This document shows positions 19,460 through 28,900 of a DNA stretch of 64,000 nucleotides, one piece after another. The position numbers were made by a program, and so were the translations under genes. Within the stretch, counting starts at the first letter, position 1. Every line of letters begins with the position of its first letter. Source of the DNA: a virus; IMG/VR virus record IMGVR_UViG_3300005573_000857, positions 27,894-91,893 of that record, one strand, 5' to 3'. The notes under the pieces were generated by a model. That model saw only the letters and a list, made by a program, of their open reading frames with translations, did no database searches and was not told the DNA's origin.

Positions 19460-20499
19460 AGAGGAAGAAACTAATGGTTAGAATTGTTAATTGGCTAGTC
19501 ACTAGAAAGTGTAATCTTCAATGCTCTTACTGCAGAATTGCTAGGAGCTACGAGTCTCCGAAAGAGTATCCGAAGATAATAGACTTCTACAAGAATGAAG
19601 TTAGCCTTGACTTTATTGTAGAAGCTCTTAGACGATTTAAAAATCATAACCCAGAATGCTTCCATATCTTCTATGGTGGCGAGCCTCTATTGAGGTTAGA
19701 TTTAAAAGATATTGTTGCTTTCTGCAATAAAGAAAGCATTAACTATACCGTTATTACGAACGGGACAGAGGAGTTAGAACCATACTTGGAAGAGCTCTTA
19801 TCCACGACGAAGTTAGCTGGTCTCACAACGTCAGTCGATCCAGTAATCTTTTCACGAGAAGAAAGTGAAGACATTCTTAAGAAAAGTTTAGCTGGGTTAG
19901 AGCGTCTCTCTAAGTATAAAGAGCAAGTTGGTGATTTGGTAGCAGAGGTTACTGTTGGCAAAGACAACTTAAAGTTTCTTCATGATCTCACGAGAGAACT
20001 TACGTCTAGAAGAATCACTAGTTCGATTACTTTTATAGACATAGCGAAAAGCCCGTACTACGATTTTTCGAACATAACGGATACTTCTGTCCTTGTCTCT
20101 AAAGAAGAAGCTCTTCCTGTCTTGAACGCTATAGATGATGACGATGATGTAGACGTCCACATGAAGCATACACTTTTACCCAAGCTATACCAAGCTCTTC
20201 CGTCTAACTTAGATTGTAAGATAGAGGAAAGCGTACATAACCTGACTATTGACAGTGACGGAACAGTGAGACTTTGCTTAAGAATTCGTGGGGTAAAGAC
20301 ACCAGAGAAGACGATTCTACAATACTTAAATAGTGACGGGTCAATTGGTGACGAACTAAAAGAAAGATTGGCAGAAGACAAGAGAAGCTACTGTAAGCTT
20401 TGCAATTGGACTTGCCCGATCATGAGTTCTCTTGTCGAATGTGGAAGTAGTGATGTAAAATATCTTATCCATTCTGAAAGGAGAGACCAATGGGTATAA
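19456..20499 (+). CDS. Radical SAM protein with C-terminal Cys cluster
   Basis: CNLQCSYC (CxxxCxxC), GGEPL and TNG; C-terminal DGTVRLC and CKLCNWTC. Confidence 0.9.
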   Translation: MKRKKLMVRIVNWLVTRKCNLQCSYCRIARSYESPKEYPKIIDFYKNEVSLDFIVEALRRFKNHNPECFHIFYGGEPLLRLDLKDIVAFCNKESINYTVITNGTEELEPYLEELLSTTKLAGLTTSVDPVIFSREESEDILKKSLAGLERLSKYKEQVGDLVAEVTVGKDNLKFLHDLTRELTSRRITSSITFIDIAKSPYYDFSNITDTSVLVSKEEALPVLNAIDDDDDVDVHMKHTLLPKLYQALPSNLDCKIEESVHNLTIDSDGTVRLCLRIRGVKTPEKTILQYLNSDGSIGDELKERLAEDKRSYCKLCNWTCPIMSSLVECGSSDVKYLIHSERRDQWV

Positions 20500-20777
20500 T
20501 GGAAAAGGCTTTAACGTTCTTAAGTGCAGCAACCGAAAAAGAGGTGAAAGTTGAGTTTATAAAGAAGGATGGATCAAGAAGAGTAATGAAGTGTACTCTC
20601 GATTTTTCTAAGATTCCAGAAAAGGATAGACCAAAGTCATTTGAGCTGAAGAAGGCTCTTGAGCAGCTTAAGAAAAATAAGATTCTGCACGTCTACGACG
20701 TAGAAAACCAGGGATGGAGAAGCGTTCCTTTAGACAGAGTCACATCGTTCGTTGTCGATGGCAAAGAATCTTTGTAG
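20490..20777 (+). CDS. WYL_2 / Sm-like SH3 beta-barrel protein
   Basis: VEFIKKDGSRRVMKCTL...VYDVENQGWRSV. Confidence 0.75.
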   Translation: MGIMEKALTFLSAATEKEVKVEFIKKDGSRRVMKCTLDFSKIPEKDRPKSFELKKALEQLKKNKILHVYDVENQGWRSVPLDRVTSFVVDGKESL

Positions 20778-20786
20778 TAAGGAGGA

Positions 20787-21146
20787 ATGATGTTGACAAA
20801 GTTTATTGTTGGAACTCTTAATGTAGACCAGAGCGGAAAGACTATAACTCTTTGTAGAATTGCAAGTGAGAAGCCTGTTCTTACTATTACTAGCGATAGT
20901 TTCGAGCAAGGATCTGACAAATTTACTAGTATAAGAGTTAAAGCTAAGGAAGTAAATGTTGAGACCGAAACTGATAACGATTCGAATGCAGATGACCTTG
21001 AAAGCTTTGTTTTTGAGCTACTTACGAAAGTAGCAGTAGCGAGTAGCACTGTCGCAGATAAGAAGGAGTTCTATACTAATGTACTCGCTACTATAGAAGA
21101 TTTTCTTTCCAAGGGGGTTTGTCGTGAGAAAGGAAAAGTCGTTTGA
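20787..21146 (+). CDS. Hypothetical protein
   Basis: 119 aa; AGGAGG RBS. Confidence 0.7.
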   Translation: MMLTKFIVGTLNVDQSGKTITLCRIASEKPVLTITSDSFEQGSDKFTSIRVKAKEVNVETETDNDSNADDLESFVFELLTKVAVASSTVADKKEFYTNVLATIEDFLSKGVCREKGKVV

Positions 21147-21519
21147 CAAAATACTTAAGAAGTATGGTCAAGTAAAGACAATATTTTACTATCTTAAAGA
21201 TGATAGAACGAAAAGGCCACATACTACAGTGTGCCTACTTGTTTCGCCAGACGGGCGAATATTGTCTAGAGGAATCTCTATATGCTCTCCGCTAGATTCT
21301 TTCCGAAAGAAGACTGGAAAAGACAAAGCTCTTGGAAGAGCTATAAAGGCCCTTGTACGGAAGATATCTAGCGAACCAATTCAACCTTTCTCTCATTCAT
21401 TCTCCGGATCTGAGGAGAGAATTCGCTATCTCAAAGAAGTAGAGAAAGAATTTGGGTTCAAGTCTACGTATTTGCCAACTGCTAGATATTTTGAGGTAGG
21501 ACTGCTTCGAACTGCCTAA
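21124..21519 (+). CDS. Hypothetical phage protein with GxSxCxPxDxFxxxxGxxxAxxRA motif
   Basis: TTVCLL..RGISICSPLDSFRKKTGKDKALGRA. Confidence 0.65.
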   Translation: MRKEKSFDKILKKYGQVKTIFYYLKDDRTKRPHTTVCLLVSPDGRILSRGISICSPLDSFRKKTGKDKALGRAIKALVRKISSEPIQPFSHSFSGSEERIRYLKEVEKEFGFKSTYLPTARYFEVGLLRTA

Positions 21520-21527
21520 AACAAACT

Positions 21528-21557
21528 GGGAACTCACTAATTCGTTAGTGAGTTCCC
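21528..21557. terminator. Perfect 13-bp hairpin with TTCG loop (terminator or processing site)
   Basis: GGGAACTCACTAA-TTCG-TTAGTGAGTTCCC; no strong U-tract. Confidence 0.55.
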
Positions 21558-21599
21558 GTAGATCTAGTCTGGAAGGCAGAGAATAAAAATAATGGAGAG

Positions 21600-22466
21600 G
21601 TGTTCATGCAGATAGAGAAGTTAGTTCTCGTCGGCTTGGGATCTCTTGGAAGTTTTCTGTGTGAGAAATTATGCAAACTGAGAAAACTTAGGGAAATTAC
21701 TCTCATTGACTACGATATCGTAGAACGAAAAAACTTGGAGACAAGTAACTTTAAACAAAGTGACGTTGGTCTACTAAAAGTAGATGCAATGGCCAAGCTT
21801 GTAAAAGCAACTAGCAAAGAGATAAGAGTAAGAAAAATCCCAGAAAAGTTTGTCGAAGGACAAACAAAGATCCCAAAAGCCGATCTTGTATTAGACACTC
21901 GAGACTTTAACTACGATAGAGGAAAGTTAATCGATGCTCGTCTATTCCTTTCCCTACCGTATCTTGTAGTTGACTGCAGGAAAAATGTAACTTACCACAG
22001 AAAGTACGAAGGAAAGTATCCGTTGAGTATAACGAGAGAAGACATTGTCGATGCCAGTAACCATGCTTACTCTCTTATAGCTAGAGGATACTTAGACCAT
22101 CTTTTGAGAAGACAATCAGTCTATACGATAGAGATTGACAAGATTACGAAAGACTTCTTAGAAAGTTCGCATACTTCGTACGATTTTGCTTGCGATATTG
22201 ACGAAAGCAGGATTTCAAACATAGTTGCGAATATTCCAGCTGTTCTCGAAATGAACAACCAGGCAGAAGTCGTCGTTTATCTTGGAAGTAAAAAAGATCC
22301 AGTCATTTCAAGAAAGCTTCCGCAAAACTTCTTAAGAACGCCGGATGATGTTTCCTCTTGTTTTCTTTCTATGCTAAAAGGTCTTCCAGACTTTAGGAAC
22401 TACTTTGTTGTAGTTTCTAAGAAGGACTTTTGCATAGAACTCATTCCAGAAACTGCTTCCGCATAG
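21600..22466 (+). CDS. ThiF/MoeB/E1-like adenylyltransferase domain protein
   Basis: VLVGLGSLGS, TLIDYDIVE.KNL, DVG..KVDA and DLVLD..D. Confidence 0.85.
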   Translation: MFMQIEKLVLVGLGSLGSFLCEKLCKLRKLREITLIDYDIVERKNLETSNFKQSDVGLLKVDAMAKLVKATSKEIRVRKIPEKFVEGQTKIPKADLVLDTRDFNYDRGKLIDARLFLSLPYLVVDCRKNVTYHRKYEGKYPLSITREDIVDASNHAYSLIARGYLDHLLRRQSVYTIEIDKITKDFLESSHTSYDFACDIDESRISNIVANIPAVLEMNNQAEVVVYLGSKKDPVISRKLPQNFLRTPDDVSSCFLSMLKGLPDFRNYFVVVSKKDFCIELIPETASA

Positions 22467-22474
22467 AGGCGAAA

Positions 22475-22858
22475 ATGAACGTAGTCAGAAAAGAAGTAAA
22501 CATTTACCCAAGTAAAGTAAGAATTTACGGCAAGCTCTACAGTGTCGAACCGCGCAGTGAAGAAGTAAAGATAAAGAAAATTACTTTGTACCTAGATAGA
22601 GCTAACCGCTTGACGAAGGTAGTAGTGGACACCAAAGTTCACCCAAACTGCGACCCACGAACGAAAGAGTTTTGTCTTCCAGAAGAAGTTAAGAAATTAG
22701 AGTACAATGAAACTTTAGTAAAGTTGGTCGGTTCTCTTCTTTCCGTCTGGAATCTAGACAATTGTTTTGCGAAACTCCATTTCTTGAACTATTTTAACTT
22801 ATGTGAAGAGGAGGTAGTAGGTAAATGGCACTCAGAGAAGAATTTAAAGCCAAAATAA
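22475..22858 (+). CDS. Putative E2 (UBC-fold)-like protein
   Basis: VHPNCDPRTKEFCLP matches HPN-x7/8-CL; downstream LVGSLLSVWNLDN resembles the E2 helix 'IxSLLxxPN'. Confidence 0.55.
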   Translation: MNVVRKEVNIYPSKVRIYGKLYSVEPRSEEVKIKKITLYLDRANRLTKVVVDTKVHPNCDPRTKEFCLPEEVKKLEYNETLVKLVGSLLSVWNLDNCFAKLHFLNYFNLCEEEVVGKWHSEKNLKPK

Positions 22859-22992
22859 GAAACACTGTTTACGAAACAACACACCAGTTTTTCTCTAGTA
22901 TTAAGCAGGCAATTAATAATTGTATCGACATGATTGAAGAATATGTAAAAGAAAAGACCGATGAACTCTTCGGTAAGGAGGAGGAAAAATGA
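22825..22992 (+). CDS. 55-aa hypothetical protein (not in ORF track)
   Basis: GGAGG RBS; MALREEFKAKIRN...KEEEK; ATGA coupling to the next gene. Confidence 0.65.
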   Translation: MALREEFKAKIRNTVYETTHQFFSSIKQAINNCIDMIEEYVKEKTDELFGKEEEK

Positions 22993-23204
22993 GTGTTTTC
23001 GGTCAAGAAGCAGTAGAGGAAATTAAGTCTATCGTTAAATCTTGTTTCGACGAAGTGACAAAGAGTGAGAAACAAGAAGCTATTAAGTTAATAGAAGAAA
23101 AACTTAGCAAACTTGTCGCAGACGAGGTGAGTAACTACTTTAGAAAAATTTCTACATATGTTCTATATGGGGAGATTGTCAATAAATTGGAGGAAAAAAA
23201 GTAA
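22989..23204 (+). CDS. Small helical hypothetical protein
   Basis: 71 aa; GGAGG RBS; TAATG coupling to rpoC. Confidence 0.7.
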   Translation: MSVFGQEAVEEIKSIVKSCFDEVTKSEKQEAIKLIEEKLSKLVADEVSNYFRKISTYVLYGEIVNKLEEKK

Positions 23205-25903
23205 TGCCAGAACTCTTTAACATTGACGAGTTTTGCAAAGACCTACCAGAAGTGACGAGTTCGAAAATTAAAGAAAAGGGAAAGTTTAGTCCTCACGGGC
23301 TTTTTTCTGAGCAGATATTCGGTCCAGTTACTAACTACACTTGTCAGTGCGGTAAGTACTCTGGACCTTCTTCTCCAGTTGAGAAATGCGACATTTGCGG
23401 TGTCGAAATAACCTCGTCAATTGAAAGGAGAAGAAGATTCGCCAAAATAGTTCTTCCATTAAAAGTAGTAAATCCGACATTCTACAACTTAATTGCAGTT
23501 ACAGCTGGAAGAGTGAAGAGTCTATTAGACACACTAATGAAGGACGAGAAAAGCGTATTGTACAAAGAAGGAGACGAATATGTAGTAGCTCAAACTGCAC
23601 CTCCGAATGTAAAAGTATGGGAAAGATACGAAGCTATGGAAGAACTTATTAGAGGTCTGGCTACTTACACTGTAGAGAACAGTGACCCAGACGTCCCAAT
23701 CGTTAAGTCTTGGAAATTCATAAAAGACAACATTGACAAGATGTTTATTAAGAACATTATCGTCCTTCCACCAGACTTGCGACCAATCTCGAAAGCTGGT
23801 AATGACGTGCAGAAAGCTGATCGTATAAACTGGTTTTACAACTTTATTCTGGTTAAGAAAGAGAAAATGAGAGATACTATGTTCGATGTTAACCAGAATA
23901 AAGCTCTCTTTTACGCGTACTTTAAGCAGCTACAGAAGGCTGTAAACGAGCTCTTCGACCACATAATAGAGAAGTTGTCCAAGAAAGAAGGACTAGTTAG
24001 AGGGAACATCTTGGGGAAGAGGGTAGATTTCTCTGGAAGAGCAGTGATAGTTCCAAAAGTAACTCTTAACATCGACGAGTGTGGTCTTCCGTACTTTATG
24101 CTTTTGGAAATCTACAAGATGCAGATTGCCAAGCGGCTCGTTGGAACTACCGTAAAAACTCTTAATGAAGCCATAGAGTATGTAGACGAGTGTATTCGAA
24201 TGAAGAGCAAAGACCTGCTTGACGTATGTGAAGAGGTTACTAAGCATGAAGTATGTCTGCTAAATCGTCAACCTTCTTTGCACAGACTGAGTTTAGTTGG
24301 ATTTAAAATCAAAGTCTGTCTTGGTGACGTTATTTACCTCCATCCGCTAGTCTGCTCCGGTTTTAATGCAGATTTCGATGGAGACCAGATGGCTGTTTAC
24401 ATTCCCCTTTCTCCAGAAGCAAAGCAAGAGGTTCGAGAAAAGCTGATGATTACTAAGAACTTCTCGAATCCAGCAAATGCTTCTTTGTCAACTCTTCCAA
24501 ACCAGGACGTAGTCCTTGGTATCTACGCCTTAACTACAAACTCGTTCCCGAATTTAAGAAACTTGGTAGAGTGTAAGGGCAGCTTAGTTACTGAAAGCAT
24601 GGCTATCTTTAATAAGTGCTTGCCTGATGACTACCCTTTAGTAAACAAAGTCGTAACGAAGAAAGAGTTAATCGAGATACTAACAGACATAAAAGAGAAG
24701 TACGACCCGGAAACAGTGAGAGTTGTTCTTGACGAAGTAAAGGAGAAAGGGTTCAGGTACTCTACACTTTTCGGAGCTTCATTGTCGCTTCAGTCCTGTT
24801 ATGTGCCGGACCATGAAAAAGTAAGAGACGATCTTTACTCACCAAGTGATGTAAAAGAACAGATTGCGAAAGTTTCTGGAAAAGAATCTGAAACTATCTT
24901 ACGTGAGAAATTTCCCTATGCCTACATGGTTGAGTCTGGGGCTCGTGGTAGCTGGGACCAAGTTCGTCAGATCGTCTTAACAAGAGGTTTTATTTCGAAC
25001 TTCAAAGGACAAATCTTGAAGACTCCAGTAAAGAGAAGTCTTTTGGACGGACTTACTAGAGAAGAGTTCTTCTTGTCTACTTTTGGTTGCAGAAAAGGTC
25101 TTCTTGATGTTGCACTAAACACTGGAGCATCTGGCTATTTGTCAAGGAAACTAGTGTTTACTGCTGCGAACGCTCTAGTAAGTGAAACAGTTGAAGATTG
25201 TGGTACTACTGATTTACTTGAAGTTTATGTGGACTCGACTAAGAAAGCTAAGATGCTAATTGGTCGGTACTACAAAGATGCGTCTGGTAAACTCGACAAA
25301 ATTACGAAGAAAAACTACGCACAGTTTTTGGGGAAGACTATATTTATAAGGAGCCCAATTTTCTGTCGTAGTCTAGAATTCTGCCACACTTGCTACGGAG
25401 ATCTGTATAAGACTCTGCATAGCCGCTTCGTTGGTGTTATAGCTGCACAAAGCTTAGGAGAGACGAATACTCAGCTAATATTGAGAACGTTCCATACTTC
25501 AGGAGTCGCTGTAGTAAAAGGCGAAGCCTCTCTGAAGCAGAAAGATATAGTAGCAGACTTGAGTGCAGCTTCGAAACTATTACACCAGTTAGAAGGAGTT
25601 AACTATAAAGATTTAGTGCACGATTTGTTCGAAGTCTACAATACTTCTAGAGAAATTTTCTCAGTCCACATTGAAGTTATTGTCTCTGAAATGATGTGGG
25701 CTGGAAACGTTCTTTGGAGAATGGCGAAAAATAGAGACAAGATAACTCCAACGTACCATAGTGTCCAAAGCGTTCCTGCTAGACAAAGCTGGTTACTTGG
25801 TTTCGCTTTTTCTCATCCGAAGTGGAATTTGCTTAGAGGTGTGCAGTATTCTGGTGAGTACGTTGGTCCAATTGATAAGATGCTAAGAGGCGAGAGAATC
25901 TAA
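23204..25903 (+). CDS. rpoC: DNA-directed RNA polymerase beta' subunit (compact, 899 aa)
   Basis: GLFSEQIFGP, CQC..CDIC zinc site, VLPPDLRP, LGKRVDFSGRAVI, LLNRQPSLH, catalytic FNADFDGDQM, SGYLSRKL and TQLILRTFH. Confidence 0.97.
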   Translation: MPELFNIDEFCKDLPEVTSSKIKEKGKFSPHGLFSEQIFGPVTNYTCQCGKYSGPSSPVEKCDICGVEITSSIERRRRFAKIVLPLKVVNPTFYNLIAVTAGRVKSLLDTLMKDEKSVLYKEGDEYVVAQTAPPNVKVWERYEAMEELIRGLATYTVENSDPDVPIVKSWKFIKDNIDKMFIKNIIVLPPDLRPISKAGNDVQKADRINWFYNFILVKKEKMRDTMFDVNQNKALFYAYFKQLQKAVNELFDHIIEKLSKKEGLVRGNILGKRVDFSGRAVIVPKVTLNIDECGLPYFMLLEIYKMQIAKRLVGTTVKTLNEAIEYVDECIRMKSKDLLDVCEEVTKHEVCLLNRQPSLHRLSLVGFKIKVCLGDVIYLHPLVCSGFNADFDGDQMAVYIPLSPEAKQEVREKLMITKNFSNPANASLSTLPNQDVVLGIYALTTNSFPNLRNLVECKGSLVTESMAIFNKCLPDDYPLVNKVVTKKELIEILTDIKEKYDPETVRVVLDEVKEKGFRYSTLFGASLSLQSCYVPDHEKVRDDLYSPSDVKEQIAKVSGKESETILREKFPYAYMVESGARGSWDQVRQIVLTRGFISNFKGQILKTPVKRSLLDGLTREEFFLSTFGCRKGLLDVALNTGASGYLSRKLVFTAANALVSETVEDCGTTDLLEVYVDSTKKAKMLIGRYYKDASGKLDKITKKNYAQFLGKTIFIRSPIFCRSLEFCHTCYGDLYKTLHSRFVGVIAAQSLGETNTQLILRTFHTSGVAVVKGEASLKQKDIVADLSAASKLLHQLEGVNYKDLVHDLFEVYNTSREIFSVHIEVIVSEMMWAGNVLWRMAKNRDKITPTYHSVQSVPARQSWLLGFAFSHPKWNLLRGVQYSGEYVGPIDKMLRGERI

Positions 25904-25926
25904 TAACTAGAAAGGAGGTCTCTGGA

Positions 25927-28900
25927 TTGAGGATAGTAAATCCGTTTTTTCATCTTAGTGATGGGGGTATCTTCGAACTTAGAGAGAAAGACTATGCGTC
26001 AATTGAGCAGACAGTGAGAGAAATGCTAAAGCCAGCTGAAGAAGCTGGTTTCGTTATAAAAGAGTTTGAGTTGAGAGACCAGAGACCGTCTGTACGAGAA
26101 CTGATGCCAACTCTAAAGAAGAATCTGGTAATAGTACTAGAAAAGAACAACTCTGTAGTGAATTTAACTACGCAAATTCCAAAGCTTGTTGACGGAAACT
26201 ATATTGTAATTTCTGGAAGGAAGAAGGTACCCCTCTTCCAGTTGTTCGATTTGCCGATTGTTACAAGAGGTAAATCAATAAAGCTACGAACAAATGTTGC
26301 AACGTTGAGTCTAACTGTAAAGGACAAAAAAGGAGAGTCTGACCCCTTTTACGTATCTCTAAATTTCATGAACAAAGACGTTCCCTTTTCTCTCGTCCTG
26401 TTTTGCTGCTACGGATTCGATAGAGTAGTGGACATGTTTGGACTAGATAAACTCACTGAACTTCCAAGTAACTCGGGTCTTCTTGGTAAGTTGGAATGCG
26501 ATTTCTTTTCGTACTACAGTGAATCGAAAGAATACACTCAAGAAGACTTTGTGCGAGAGCTTGGAAGATACTACACTTCTTACGATGCGAAAAAGAAAGG
26601 TGAAGAAGTAGTTTACGCGCTCGATCTCATTGCGAAAGTAGACGTTCCATCCTCTAGGTTCTTTACAACGGAGTCTGCTGTCAGTGAGTTATTGCAAGCT
26701 CTAAGAATTGGTCACATTGACGATACTGACTTCAGAAATAAAAGAATACGCTGTTTCGAGTACATAGTGCTGGCTAAGCTGGCAAGAGACATTTACAACC
26801 TCTGTATCGCTAGTCGTAACGCTTTGCGCCCAAAGTTTAGTACGAACTCTAAACAAGTTATCTCAGAATGTAAGACTTCGTCAATTATCCAGTACGATCA
26901 GTCACTGAATCCGATAGATGAACTGACAAAACTTAGCAGAGTTAGCTTAGCTGGTCCAGGAGCTTTTACTAAAGAAAATGTCCCAGAGTACTTAAGAGAC
27001 GTTCATCCGTCAATGTTTGGTCGGGTGTGTTCTGTGGACACACCAGAAAGAGAGAACTGTGGTGTATTGCAAAGTCTGTTGCCAAAAGTAAAGCTAACTG
27101 AGCACATGCGGTTCGACGAAGAAGTAGAAGATAAAGCCACAGTTTCGATAGCAGTCTCGATGGTTCCATTTTTAGAGCATGACGACCAAACTAGGTTGCA
27201 GATGGCTTCATCGCAAATGAGACAGGCTGTTACTCTTCTAAAAGTAGAGAAGCCCTACATTCGTTCTGGGTGCGAAGGACTGTACACAGATTATTCGTCT
27301 TTCATAAAAAGAGCTAGAAAGAATGGAGAGATCGTATATCGCGATGAGTCGTTCTGTGTGGTAGTATATGACGACAAAGATTTCGACATCTTTAAGGTCG
27401 GATTCAGGAAAACTCAGACAGAAAATATAGACTTCCTAGTTTGTAAGCATAAAGTTGGAGATAAAGTAAAAGCTGGCGATATAGTAGTTGAAAGCTTCTT
27501 CTGCACAAACGGAGAAATAAAGATAGGAAAGAATTTGTTAACGGTTTTAGCTACATGGCATGGCTTGAATTACGAAGATGCTATTCTAATTTCAGAAGAA
27601 GTTAGAGACCGAGGTGATTTTACTTCTTTACACTTTATAGACTTATCCTTCGTCCTTCCGCCGAACAAGATACTTCTGGATTTGTCAGATGATAGCAAAG
27701 GAAAAACTTATAGACCACTTCCGACTCCTTATAGCAAGATCGTTGTAAAGAGGAAGGATAAGGTCTTTGACATGCAAAGCGATAACGAAGTGCAAGAGGA
27801 AGTAATAGAAGACTATTCAGTTGTTGCTTTAGAGAAGGGTCAGAAGTATGCGGTAGTAAAGGAGATGTATGTAGATAATGATGTAGAAAAAGTTTTCGAA
27901 GAAGAACAAGTTTATAGGACTGAGAGAGACGTAAAAATCTACTCTGTAAATATCTACGCTAACAAATGGTACGATAAAGTTCGCCCATTTGACGAGTGGG
28001 TGCAAGAAACGATAAGAATGCAACAGAAAAGAGAAAGAGATTTTCACGAAAGTCTATACAAGTTTATTCCAAGGGAAAAAGTGCAGGAGTTCATTCGAGA
28101 TAATGGATTAAACAAGTTCACTTCTCAAGGAAGCTACAGAATAAACGGAGAGCTTGTTAATGGAATGTACATAGAGATTCTTGGAGTATATGAAAAGCCG
28201 ATAAACGTAGGCGACAAAATTGGAAATCGGCATGGTAATAAGGGAGTTGTAAATATTCTCCCAAAAGAAAAAATGCCGTTACTAGAAAATGGACGGCATG
28301 CCGAAGTATGTGTAAGTCCGATGTCTACTATCTCGAGAATGAACGTAGGCCAGATCTTCGAGATGCATCTAGCGATGTCTTTACAAGACCTTAAGGCTAA
28401 GCTACTGAAAATGATAGAAGATGGAAAAAGTCAAGAAGAAATGAGAAAGTATCTTCTCGACTACATAAAGATAGTAGATGCTACGAAAGATAACTGGTTC
28501 TACAATCAGTTTGAGAGTCAGTTAGGTGTAATCGACAAGAAGTTTGTAGATGACCTTACTCTAGTGCAACCCCCGTTTGAGTCCTGTTCAAGAGAACAAG
28601 TTCTAGAAGCTTGCAAGTATACGAATACTCCACTTGAGTGTTCGATTTACGATCCAATAACGGGAGAGAAAGTTCTCAACAAAGTTGGATTTGGGTACAT
28701 GTACTTCTTCAAGATGGTCCATATTGCCGAAGACAGGTTAGCTGCTAGAGGCATCGGAACGTATTCGAAAAGAACTCTACAACCTCTTGGAGGGAGAAGG
28801 AACAGAGGTGGACAAAGAGTTGGAGAAATGGAAATGTGTTGCTTTATAGCTCACGATGCTACAGAAAACTTGTACGAAACTCTCACTACAAAGTCCGATT

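Noticed and set aside
19456-20499. Calling the radical SAM protein QueE
   Set aside because: At 347 aa it is longer than typical QueE, lacks the N-terminal 'F.SIQGEG' motif and has extra C-terminal cysteines.
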